NCBI GenBank assembly: GCA_021730635.1
Contig: JAJNNC010000007.1
Coordinates: forward strand, 25,100 to 89,099
Length of the DNA stretch: 64,000 nt
From: Catalimonadaceae bacterium JC749
GTDB lineage: Bacteria > Bacteroidota > Bacteroidia > Cytophagales > Cyclobacteriaceae
Direction: 5' to 3'
The notes beneath the pieces were generated by a model that was given only the letters and a program-made list of their open reading frames with translations, had not been told where the DNA came from and did no database searches. Below, piece by piece: positions 19,062 to 28,900 of the stretch (positions within the stretch are counted from its first letter, which is position 1; every line of letters starts with the position of its first letter). A program made the position numbers and the translations under genes.

Positions 19062-19083
19062 AGGGCAGTTTCTGCCTTTTTTT
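19062..19083 (+). terminator. Rho-independent terminator candidate after the paralog array
   Basis: aGGGCAG-ttt-CTGCCt followed by TTTTTTT (19077-19083), 76 nt after the last array gene. Confidence 0.5.
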
Positions 19084-19539
19084 AACTAACCGCTTCATCA
19101 TACATGCCCGCAGGTAAGCCAATTACCAGCCCTGCCCCCTTAATCATTCAGGAATTCTCTCACGTAATCATTTGCCCGGTCTGTCATTCTGCACAAAATA
19201 TCCCCCTGCTCCTATCAGGAGGTCTATCCTATCCGGTACATCATGCCTCTGCCCTTCTTCAGAGTAACACCCTACATCATTAAATAACCCGCTGCTCCGC
19301 TTTCAAACAAAGCCTAAGAGGTACGTTTCAGAGAAAAAAAGAAGCTTATGCCCCTTTCTTTATGTCGTTTCTGGCGCTTATCCTATCAGAAAATGCCTTT
19401 TCAACACTCTTTTTGCCCTTTCTAGCCACTCTCTGTACTTATCTCACATCCGTATTTATTTAATTATAATACTAAAAACTATAATTTAATTAATAATACA
19501 TTTGGCTGTTAGTTTTTCTAAAACAAAAACAACTATGCC

Positions 19540-20184
19540 ATGAATCAGTCTTTTGATGTCTTGCTGGATCATGCCCGGATGGTGCTTGAGAATGTACAAA
19601 GCCATCCGCAGGTGAAAGCGAAGATGGCCGAATTTGGATATCACCAGCAGCGGTTGCAGGAAGGGAAAGCCCTGTATGAAACTGTCGTCATGCTACAGAC
19701 AGAGCAGGAAGATCACTACAGCAAAGAGAAAGGGATTAGCCTCCGCCTGCGTGAAGATCTGGAAACGGCAAAAGCCTTGTATAAAGAACACATGGAAATT
19801 GCCCGCTTTGCCTTCCGCAATGATCCGGAAATGGAGAAAAAACTGGAGTTGAAAGGGGCTCGCAAACAGGGGCAGGTCCAGCTAAGCAAACAGATGCACC
19901 GGTTTTACGAACAGACGGAGCCCATCATCCCGGTATTGAAAAAGTATGGTGCCCAACCGGAAGAGTTTGCCCAGGCCAAAGCGATGGTTGAAGCCATCAT
20001 CGCCGCCTGTAGCCAGCGGATGCGATGTCAGGGCAATGCCCAGGAGGCCACGCAAAAAAGAAACATGGTCGTCAAAGAATTGCGTACCTGGCTCACCGAT
20101 TTCCGAAAAGTAGCCCGGGTGGCGCTGAAAAAGGAAAGCCAGCTCCTGGAAAGCTTTGGCATCCAGATACCCGCTATCCACTGA
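19540..20184 (+). CDS. Hypothetical protein (214 aa), helical, higher GC than the array
   Basis: Long ORF. No recognisable motif. Confidence 0.4.
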   Translation: MNQSFDVLLDHARMVLENVQSHPQVKAKMAEFGYHQQRLQEGKALYETVVMLQTEQEDHYSKEKGISLRLREDLETAKALYKEHMEIARFAFRNDPEMEKKLELKGARKQGQVQLSKQMHRFYEQTEPIIPVLKKYGAQPEEFAQAKAMVEAIIAACSQRMRCQGNAQEATQKRNMVVKELRTWLTDFRKVARVALKKESQLLESFGIQIPAIH

Positions 20185-20406
20185 TCAATCCAAAGCAGAC
20201 AAAAGCTGCGTATATGCCTGGCGTAAGCAACAGAAAATTATAAAACACAAAGATCATTCACAGGAACAAAGTAAAAAACATGATGAATTCCCGGCTTATG
20301 TACGTTTGTACAATTCTTTCATCTGGCCCTTACGCCCAAGCCATGCTTGCCATGATACACTATGCGCTGTAACCACACGCATTACCACATTGAATCGCAT
20401 CAGAAA

Positions 20407-20799
20407 ATGAGTAGTAACGAAAGCAGAAGAATCAGAAAGTACTGGGAACAGACAGGAGGACTTCTGATTGAAAAATTTCAGGCAACGCCCAAAAAGAAAA
20501 CCTCTAATAAGAAAAACGCCAATAAACAGATTATAGATGCTATCATCGTGCTGGGAGAAAAGAAGCAGATCCAGGAAGATGGCACCTATGACTTTACCGA
20601 TAAAGATATTATCATCGTCCAGACAGAAAAAACAGCCATAGGGATGCAATTGCTGGGAGAAGCTTTTTCAGCCCGGGAGAAGATGATGCCCTACCAGCCG
20701 CATTCTATCAAGACGGTAGCCATTTGTAGTAAACCCGATGAGGAAATGTTCCGCCTTTGCCAGGAGTTTGATATTGAAATGGTGGTGATTCCGGATTGA
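20407..20799 (+). CDS. Hypothetical protein (~130 aa from MSSNESRR)
   Basis: ORF 20362..20799 with a plausible ATG at 20407. No recognisable domain. Confidence 0.35.
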   Translation: MSSNESRRIRKYWEQTGGLLIEKFQATPKKKTSNKKNANKQIIDAIIVLGEKKQIQEDGTYDFTDKDIIIVQTEKTAIGMQLLGEAFSAREKMMPYQPHSIKTVAICSKPDEEMFRLCQEFDIEMVVIPD

Positions 20800-21075
20800 T
20801 TGAAGGATTGAAGGACTGAAGGTGTGAAGGATCGAAGGATTGATGGATTGAATGGAAGAGTGATAGAATGGTTGAAAGTGAAAATCATTGAATCCTAGCA
20901 TGTGAGTTTGCTTAAATGTGGGGATGTCTGCCTGTTTCTCATACCAATTAAATCATTCATGCATTTCATCGTTCATACATTCAATACATTCTCTGATACT
21001 TTCATTCCATCATTCACGCATCCTATCCTTCAGTCCTTCAATCCTTCAACCCTTCAATCCTTCCCTCATTTCTTT
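20798..21075. repeat. Inverted pair of degenerate 8-nt tandem repeat arrays (GAyTGAAG)n / (CTTCArTC)n between convergent genes
   Basis: Left arm 20798-20895: gattgaag gattgaag gactgaag gtgtgaag gatcgaag gattgatg gattgaat.... Right arm ~20955-21075: ...ccttcagt ccttcaat ccttcaac ccttcaat ccttccct, the reverse complement of the left arm. Spurious ORFs 20668..20901(-) and 20902..21258(+) derive from it. Confidence 0.7.
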
Positions 21076-22964
21076 GCTCCTTCAATAATCTGCTCCACCA
21101 CATCGGGATTCAGCAAGGTAGAAGTATCGCCCATATTGGAAGTATCGCCCTGGGCAATTTTACGAAGAATACGCCGCATGATCTTACCGGAACGGGTCTT
21201 GGGCAAGCCCGGCACAATCTGTATCTTATCCGGCTTGGCAATGGGGCCAATGATCTGACTTACCGTCTGCCGTATCTCATTCTTCAGGTTTTCTTCCGAA
21301 CGATCAGTCATATCGCAGATCACATAGGCGTAGATACCCTGTCCTTTGATCTCATGCGGATAGCCTACCACGGCTGACTCTATCACTTTCGGATGTTCAT
21401 TGATGGCATTCTCCACTTCCGCCGTGCCCATACGGTGACCGGATACGTTGATCACATCATCTACCCTTCCCAGAATGCGGTAATAACCATCCTCATCTCT
21501 TTTCACACCATCACCGGTGAAGTAGAGGTTCTTATAGGCAGAAAAATACGTCTGCCGGCAGCGTTCATGATCGCCGTAGGTAGTTCTTAAAATACCAGGC
21601 CAGGGAAACTTGATACAAAGATTACCCTGCACACTGTTGCCTTTCAGTTCTTTACCTTCACTGTCTACAATAATAGGCTGTATACCCGGTAGTGGCAAGG
21701 TGGCATAAGAAGGTTTGGTGGGTGTTACGCCAGGAATGGGAGAGATCATAATACCCCCGGTTTCTGTTTGCCACCAGGTATCCACCACGGGGCATTTGCT
21801 TTTACCCACATGATCGTGGTACCAGTGCCAGGCTTCTTCATTGATCGGCTCGCCTACCGAACCAATGACACGGAGAGATTCCAGCGAATAGGGTTTCAGT
21901 GGGTCAATGCCAAATGCCTGCAAGGCCCGGATAGCGGTAGGGGCCGTATAGAACTGATTCACCTTATATTTATCTACAATAGCCCAGAAGCGGCTGGCGT
22001 CCGGATGCGTAGGGGTTCCTTCATACATGAGCGTGGTGGCTCCTGCCAGCAACGGACCGTAGACAATATAGGAGTGCCCGGTAACCCAGCCTACGTCGGC
22101 GGTACACCAGTATACATCGCCGCCGCTGTATTGGAAGACATTCTGAAAAGTATACTCAGTATAGACCATATACCCACCACAGGTATGCACCACGCCTTTG
22201 GGCTTGCCGGTAGAGCCGGACGTATACAGAATGAAAAGCATATCTTCTGCGTCCATTTCCTCCGCTTTGTTTTCCTTGGAAACCCCTTGCAAGGTTTCAT
22301 GCCACCACAGGTCGCGACCCGCTTGCATGGTAACTTCATTTCCGGTTCGCTTCAGTACTATTACTTTCTCTATAGAAGAAGTGGAAGCCAGTGCTTCATC
22401 CACCACCGCCTTCACAGGGATGGTCTTAGGCCCCCGGAAGTTACCATCGGAGGTGAGCACCAATTTGGCCTTTGAATCGTTGATACGGTCGGCCAGGGAG
22501 TTGGCAGAAAAGCCGGCAAACACAACCGAATGTACGGCACCAATACGGGCACAGGCCAGCATAGCAACAGCCGCTTCAGGCACCATCGGCATATAAATAA
22601 TGACCCGGTCGCCTTTCGTAACGCCTTGCTTTTTCAGCACATTGGCAAACTGGCACACCTGCTCATACAGTTCGCGATAGGTAATAATGCGGTTATCCTC
22701 TTCCGGATTGTTAGGCTCCCAGATAATAGCCGGACGATCTCCGAGGGTAAAGAGGTGGCGTTCCAGTATATTTTCCGTGATATTAAGTTTTCCATTGATA
22801 AACCACTGCACGTCGGGTCCTTCAAAGTTCCACTCCACCACTTTGTCCCATTTCTTTCTCCAGAAAAAAGACTCAGCGATCCTGGCCCAGAATTCTTCCG
22901 GCTGTTGCACACTCTTCTGATACTCATGGATATAACCGCTCAGGGTTTGAATCTTATTACTCAT
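21066..22964 (-). CDS. acs: Acetyl-CoA synthetase (AMP-forming)
   Basis: 632 aa. N-terminus MSNKIQTLSGYIHEYQKSVQQPEEFWARIAESF. AMP-binding signature YTSGSTGKPKGV. Overall Acs-like architecture. Confidence 0.95.
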   Translation of the reverse strand: MSNKIQTLSGYIHEYQKSVQQPEEFWARIAESFFWRKKWDKVVEWNFEGPDVQWFINGKLNITENILERHLFTLGDRPAIIWEPNNPEEDNRIITYRELYEQVCQFANVLKKQGVTKGDRVIIYMPMVPEAAVAMLACARIGAVHSVVFAGFSANSLADRINDSKAKLVLTSDGNFRGPKTIPVKAVVDEALASTSSIEKVIVLKRTGNEVTMQAGRDLWWHETLQGVSKENKAEEMDAEDMLFILYTSGSTGKPKGVVHTCGGYMVYTEYTFQNVFQYSGGDVYWCTADVGWVTGHSYIVYGPLLAGATTLMYEGTPTHPDASRFWAIVDKYKVNQFYTAPTAIRALQAFGIDPLKPYSLESLRVIGSVGEPINEEAWHWYHDHVGKSKCPVVDTWWQTETGGIMISPIPGVTPTKPSYATLPLPGIQPIIVDSEGKELKGNSVQGNLCIKFPWPGILRTTYGDHERCRQTYFSAYKNLYFTGDGVKRDEDGYYRILGRVDDVINVSGHRMGTAEVENAINEHPKVIESAVVGYPHEIKGQGIYAYVICDMTDRSEENLKNEIRQTVSQIIGPIAKPDKIQIVPGLPKTRSGKIMRRILRKIAQGDTSNMGDTSTLLNPDVVEQIIEGAKK

Positions 22965-23076
22965 GGCTGCGTATGGTTAGGGGTATGATAAAAAAATTTC
23001 CTTTTATAGACCTAATATTAATAATTTAATAAATCAATCGAAAATATTGACGGGGTGGTCCGGGCTGTTTTCCGGC

Positions 23077-24852
23077 TTATTCTGTGTGAGGTCTGGCCGC
23101 GCCTCTGGGGTAACGAATCTCTTCTACCATGTCCTGTACATCCTCAGGAGGAGGAGCCGTCAGATGGCAAACCACTAAGGCTACGGCAAAATTGATGAGC
23201 ATGGCCACAAAGCCAAAACCTTCGGGAGAAATGCCCAGCCACCAGTCGGTAGCCTCTCCTCCTCCCAGCAGGTTGAACTTAAATTTGAGCACATAAAAAA
23301 GCATAAAGAGCAGCCCTACCACCATCCCTGAGATGGCACCCTCCCGGTTCATTCTTTTGTAAAAAATGCCCATCATGATGGCCGGAAAGAAGGAGGCAGC
23401 CGCAAAGCCGAAGGCCAGGGCGACGACAGCAGCCACATAGCCGGGCGGGTGAATGCCGAAATAACCAGCGACCAGCACGGCAACAGCCGCCGCCATACGG
23501 GCTGCCCATAGCTCTCCTCTTTCATTGATATCCGGTAAGATCTGTTTCTTGATCAGATCGTGAGAGATAGCCGTAGAGATCACCAGCAAGAGTCCCGCCG
23601 CTGTAGACAAGGCCGCGGCCAGACCACCGGCTGCTACCAGGGCCACCACCCAGTTGGGCAAACGGGCAATTTCCGGATTGGCCAGCACCATAATATCCTG
23701 ATCCACATACAATTCATTATCGGAAGAGGCATCCGGATTGGTCACCACGCGCTGCCCGTGATCGCCCTGCTCCTGGGCAAACTCAGGGACAATACCGGTA
23801 ATGGCAGCCCCTTTGGCATACTGGACTTTGCCATCATTGTTTTTGTCAATCCAGGCCAGCAACCCTGTATTCTCCCAGTTCTTAAACCACCGGGGAAGAC
23901 TTTGGTAATCCACATTGCTGACTGTGTTGATCAAATTGGTACGGGCAAAGGCAGCTATAGCAGGTGCCGTGGTATATAAGATAGCGATAAAGACCAGGGC
24001 ATAGCCTGCGGAGAGGCGGGCATCCCGTACTCTGGGAACGGTGAAGAAACGGACGATGACATGGGGCAGCCCGGCAGTACCTACCATCAGGGCTGCCGTA
24101 ATGCAAAATACATCTATCGCTGATTTACTCCCGTTGGTATAGGCGTTGAAACCCAGTTCCCGGTTCAGCCCGTCGAGCCGATCCAACAGATAAGTGCCGG
24201 GTTCCTGAGTGAGTGTACTGCCGAAGCCCAGTTGCGGAAAGACATGCCCTGTCAGTTGAATAGAGATAAAGATGGCAGGCACCATGAAGGCGAAGATTAG
24301 GACACAGTATTGTGCTACCTGTGTGTAAGTAATCCCTTTCATGCCTCCCAGCACGGCATACAAAAAAACGATGGCCATGCCGATGATAACCCCCCACTCA
24401 ATGCTCACCTGCAGGAAACGGGAAAATACAACGCCTACGCCACGCATTTGTCCGGCCACATAGGTAAAAGAGACAAACAAAGCGCAGATAACCGCTACCG
24501 TACGAGCCAGATTGGAGTAATAACGGTCGCCAATAAAATCCGGTACAGTGAATTTTCCAAATTTTCTCAGGTAAGGGGCCAGCAATAAGGCCAGCAGCAC
24601 ATAACCGCCGGTCCAGCCCATCAGATAGACGGCCCCGTCATAACCCATAAAAGAGATCAGACCGGCCATGGAAATAAAGGAAGCGGCTGACATCCAGTCT
24701 GCTGCCGTAGCCATGCCATTGGCCAGCGGGGGCACACCGCCACCGGCTACATAAAAATCCCGGGTAGACCCTGCTCTTGACCAGAAAGCGATACCAATAT
24801 AAAGCGCAAAGGAAAGTCCGACGATGAGGTAGGTCCAGGTTTGTACGTCCAT
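23077..24852 (-). CDS. actP: Cation/acetate symporter ActP (sodium:solute symporter family)
   Basis: MDVQTWTYLIVGLSFALYIGIAFWSRAGSTRDFYVAGGGVPPLANGMATAADWMSAASF... is SSS-family. It lies immediately upstream of acs on the same strand. The start is set at the internal ATG (24850-24852) rather than the track's longer ORF. Confidence 0.85.
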   Translation of the reverse strand: MDVQTWTYLIVGLSFALYIGIAFWSRAGSTRDFYVAGGGVPPLANGMATAADWMSAASFISMAGLISFMGYDGAVYLMGWTGGYVLLALLLAPYLRKFGKFTVPDFIGDRYYSNLARTVAVICALFVSFTYVAGQMRGVGVVFSRFLQVSIEWGVIIGMAIVFLYAVLGGMKGITYTQVAQYCVLIFAFMVPAIFISIQLTGHVFPQLGFGSTLTQEPGTYLLDRLDGLNRELGFNAYTNGSKSAIDVFCITAALMVGTAGLPHVIVRFFTVPRVRDARLSAGYALVFIAILYTTAPAIAAFARTNLINTVSNVDYQSLPRWFKNWENTGLLAWIDKNNDGKVQYAKGAAITGIVPEFAQEQGDHGQRVVTNPDASSDNELYVDQDIMVLANPEIARLPNWVVALVAAGGLAAALSTAAGLLLVISTAISHDLIKKQILPDINERGELWAARMAAAVAVLVAGYFGIHPPGYVAAVVALAFGFAAASFFPAIMMGIFYKRMNREGAISGMVVGLLFMLFYVLKFKFNLLGGGEATDWWLGISPEGFGFVAMLINFAVALVVCHLTAPPPEDVQDMVEEIRYPRGAARPHTE

Positions 24853-25115
24853 GTAGGTTGTTTTGAAAAATGTGCCTGATAATATTGATATTTTTACAGA
24901 TTTACAAAATGAAGCTCCGTAAAAAGACAGAAGAGAAATGGGGTGCTCTTCAAAAGGCAAACAGGCAGTGAGTGGGAACTATTGACCAACGACTCTTTTT
25001 GTATAAGGGAGATAGTAGGCACCCTACAAAATACTATGTAATTAATAAATAAAAAATATAACTATTTTAATTTTACTTTCAATTATTTTTACCTATCAAT
25101 AGAATAACGAATTAT

Positions 25116-25847
25116 ATGAAAACATCAAATCCGGCTTTGAAGAAAGCTTTCCAGCAGGCTACTGTTCAGGATGCCACAGGACTTATGACAGTACAAGGCA
25201 CCATTGAGAAAAGTGGTCTTTTACTCTTACTGGTCATATTAGCCGCTTCCATCAACTGGACTTTATTCTCCACAGGGAGTACTTTGGTACAACCCCTGAC
25301 CTTTACCGGCGCTATTGGCGGATTCATTCTGGCCCTGGTGACAATTTTCAAAAAAGAGATGGCTCGCATAACAGCCCCCATCTATGCTTTATTGGAAGGT
25401 CTTTTCCTGGGAGGTATTTCTGCTATATTTGAGTTAAGCGCTCCCGGTATTGTCATGCAGGCCATAGGGCTGACTTTTGGCGTGTTCGCCGTGATGCTGA
25501 TAGCTTATAGAATGGGATGGATCAGGGCCACAGCCAAGTTCAAAATGGGTGTCATGGTGGCCACCGGTGCGGTGGCTCTTACCTATCTGATTTCATTCAT
25601 TCTGAGTTTCTTTGGCATTTACCTGCCGATGATTCATGAAGGAGGACCGATAGGTATATTGTTCAGTGTGGTAGTAGTAGGCATTGCTGCCCTGAATCTT
25701 ATTCTCGATTTTGACCTGATAGAAGAAGGGGCTACCCAGGGCGCTCCCAAATATATGGAATGGTATGCCTCTTTCGGTTTGCTGGTGACGCTTGTGTGGC
25801 TATATCTGGAAATTTTGCGATTACTCTCTAAGCTTTCAAGAGATTAG
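25116..25847 (+). CDS. Bax inhibitor-1/YccA family membrane protein
   Basis: 243 aa with ~7 predicted TM segments and a C-terminus (...WLYLEILRLLSKLSRD) resembling the BI-1/YccA signature. Confidence 0.65.
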   Translation: MKTSNPALKKAFQQATVQDATGLMTVQGTIEKSGLLLLLVILAASINWTLFSTGSTLVQPLTFTGAIGGFILALVTIFKKEMARITAPIYALLEGLFLGGISAIFELSAPGIVMQAIGLTFGVFAVMLIAYRMGWIRATAKFKMGVMVATGAVALTYLISFILSFFGIYLPMIHEGGPIGILFSVVVVGIAALNLILDFDLIEEGATQGAPKYMEWYASFGLLVTLVWLYLEILRLLSKLSRD

Positions 25848-25928
25848 AGAAAAGAATAAGAAATTTAGAAGGCAGAATATGGGTATCAGCATATTAGCTT
25901 CTGTATTCTGTCTTCTGAATGTTATATT

Positions 25929-28900
25929 TCACTGCTTCGTCAACCATTCCACAATTCCTTTCAGGCTTACAGAGATTTCTTCCATTTGTTCTACTGCTTT
26001 TTCAATACCATTGTTACCATAACCATTAGCCCGCTGATGTTTGAAGAAAATTGCTTTGATCTCATTCCAGCGTACTTTTTCTGTATCATCAAGTTCATTC
26101 ATCAGCTCTTTGAACTTCAACAGGTTGGCTTCCGCACCGGAAGTAAGGGTCTGGGCTTCGCTCTCATAGTGAGAAAAAATGAGCGTGTGCAGTTCCTCCT
26201 TATTCGTCACCGGCATTACCTTTTCAGCTATTTTATTCATATCCCGATAAGACCCTTGTAGTTTAAATGGCGGTTCAGCACGGTAGGCATCCGCTTGAGC
26301 GGCGGAGCGTATGTACTCCCTATTTACTTTCAGCACAGTATCGCGTACAGTTAGTAATTTGTGCAGAACAGCTACATATTCGCGCACTTCTTCTGCAGCA
26401 TGATGCACTTCAAATTCAACACCTTCCTGTTCACCTGTTTCAGCTATTTTTACAAGTGTATACACATCCCGCTGGCTTTTGCTGACCAGTTTGTTTAGCA
26501 CAGGATTGGAAGTGAGGCAGTTTTCCAGGTAACTCAGCTTAAATTCGGTAGCGGAGTCTCCAATGATATCACCCAGGTTATAAATATCTGCCCGGTTAGC
26601 CAGCATATCCGGAATCTGAAATTTCTCACCGCTTTCGGTATAAGGGTTACCGGCCATCACCACACAAACCTTTTTTCCACGAAAATCATAAGTTTTGCTT
26701 TTACCTTTGTAAACACCTTCTATTTTGCGCTGAGCATCACATAAAGAAATGAACTTTTGCAGAAATTCGGGGTTGCAGTGTTGGATATCATCCAGGTAGA
26801 TCATCACATTATCGCCCATTTCGAAGGCCAGGTTTAGCTTTTCGAGTTCTGCTCTGGCTCCAGCATTAGGCGCTTCAGCAGGATCTACTGCCGTGACAGC
26901 ATGACCAATGGCCGGACCATTTATCTTCATGAATACAATACCCAGTCGGTTGGCTAAGTATTCCATTAAGGTGGTCTTCCCATAACCCGGAGGAGAAATC
27001 AGTAGCAACATGCCCATCAGGTCTGTGCGTTTTCCTTCTCCTGCAATACCTATCTGCTTTGCCAGGTTAGCTCCGATTAGAGGCAGATACACTTTATCAA
27101 TGAGTTGATTTCTGACAAAAGATGTCATCACACGGGGTTTAAATGTCTCCAGCTGCAGCTCTTCCATATAGACAGTGACAAGATTGCGTTTTAACTGTTG
27201 AAAATCCTGAAAAGCAGGCACTATGTTTTTAGTATAATCATGCAGCTTTTCCATGAAATGATGATAATGCAGGGTATAAATACCTTCCCGAATTGCCGCA
27301 TGGCTACCTTGTAAACCGGAAATATTTTCTTGTAAAGAAGCTTCTACCACCTGCGCAGTCTTTAGCTTATCTGAAAACAACAAAAAAGCAGCTTCATGAA
27401 CAAATGCAGAACTCTCTCCGGTCTGGTGGACAAAAGAACGCATCCACTTTCTGATTAACTCAAACTGTAAAAAAGGATTTTCATATAAGCTATCGACTGA
27501 CTTTTGGTAATCAGCGGTAGCTTTACTTTGCTCCAGCTTTTTGAGAAACTTATCTTTTAGCACAATGGCAGCCTGATCCGTGACAAAATCATCGTCTCTG
27601 ATGAGTTCATGGAACAAATACTCACCAGCCATAGAAGCCATATGACCACTAAAAAGACCACTTTCCTGCATAAAATACTTGATCTCCTGGGTAATTGCAT
27701 TTTTTACCGTATCAAACTCATCACTTTCCGGAAAGACCTGTAGAATTGAGCCAGCTCCTTTGAGTTGGGAGTTCAGGACATTTTTACTACTTTTTTCCAG
27801 GTAATGTAACCAGAAAAACGCAGCACAAGTCCGAGCTTCAGAAGGATAGCGGAGTAAACCAGCCGTTAGGTAGATCTTCAGTACAGCGTTCAGAATCAAA
27901 GCGGCATCATGGTCGTGAACGCCTTTGATATAACCTTCTTCATAACGAGACGTCATCCTCTGCTGCAACAATTGGAATAAATCTTCAGATGAAAGGGCTG
28001 CTAAAGATCCCAGCGAATGGGATGAATTTCTTTGCTGTGCTGATAAAAAAATTTGATAGGCCAGATACTCTGCCCGGTATACTGCTGTATTTTCGCTGAC
28101 CAAAGCCTGATCCCACAGCGGTTTATATTCCTGAATTTTAACATGAGCAACAGGCGTATAGAAGTTAGTGCCGGTCAGATGAAAACACAGTGTTCCATCC
28201 TTCTCTATGGTAGTCAAAGCAAGAGTGGAAGTGTTGACTGAAAAAGGAAAATTACCCAGACGAATCACACTTTCTCCATCGACATAAAGTTCAGACTTAT
28301 CTTTCAACTGCCTGACAGCATCCTCCCGGGTAGCCTTCAGCCGACTTTGCAGATCGTCAGCCTTGACTGTATCTCCCAGTTTTTGTAATTCTCCAATGGT
28401 ATTACGCAATTTCTCGATCATCAGGTCGGAAGCGAAATAACCATTCAGTTCATTTACGTTAGTAAAAGTGCTGATCCTGTTTCGAATGGCTTTCAGGATA
28501 CGGTCGGCAGATTGTAGCAGGGTATTCGCACGTTTGTTTCTTGCCTCCACCAGCTGAACCTTACGCGACTCAAAAGCATTATATACCTCCTCCCGCTGCT
28601 GAGTGATCTGTTCGATAAATTCATCAAAATCAGCAAATTTTCCTTCCAGTTCCTCCAGTTGCACCATGAGTTTAGTGATATATTCATCACATTTTTCAGG
28701 GGTATCCGCCACGTCCATATAACCCAGTAAAGACTGGTTGATCAACTTCATCTGGGCATGAAACACTGCCTGACCTTCCTGGCTAAGCAATGCTTTTTTC
28801 CTATGCTTTAGCTGTGCCTTAATCTTATTGAGGTCAGAAAAAATAGCCGAGATACGATCTATGATACGTGTAGTCTGGGTAGCATCCTCAATTTCCAGAT

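Noticed and set aside
19634-20243. Short ORFs (72-99 aa) on both strands inside 19540..20184
   Set aside because: They are nested within a longer ORF. No independent support.
20798-21075. Possible CRISPR array
   Set aside because: The repeat unit is only 8 nt, with no unique spacers. This is not CRISPR architecture.
20668-21258. Three ORFs (65-118 aa) with S/F/H/P-rich repetitive translations
   Set aside because: They are artefacts of translating the 8-mer tandem repeat arrays. They are better explained as a repeat element.
21768-22988. Plus-strand ORFs of 132-235 aa opposite acs
   Set aside because: The acs identification is unambiguous. GC-rich coding regions commonly give long antisense ORFs.
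23279-24588. ORFs on both strands overlapping actP (Cys/Arg/Gly-rich translations)
   Set aside because: They are out-of-frame or antisense readings of a GC-rich membrane-protein gene. They show compositional bias only.
25861-25915. Possible bidirectional terminator hairpin between the BI-1 gene and the giant ATPase gene
   Set aside because: Only a 7-bp stem with a 24-nt loop and no clean T-run. Too weak to call.
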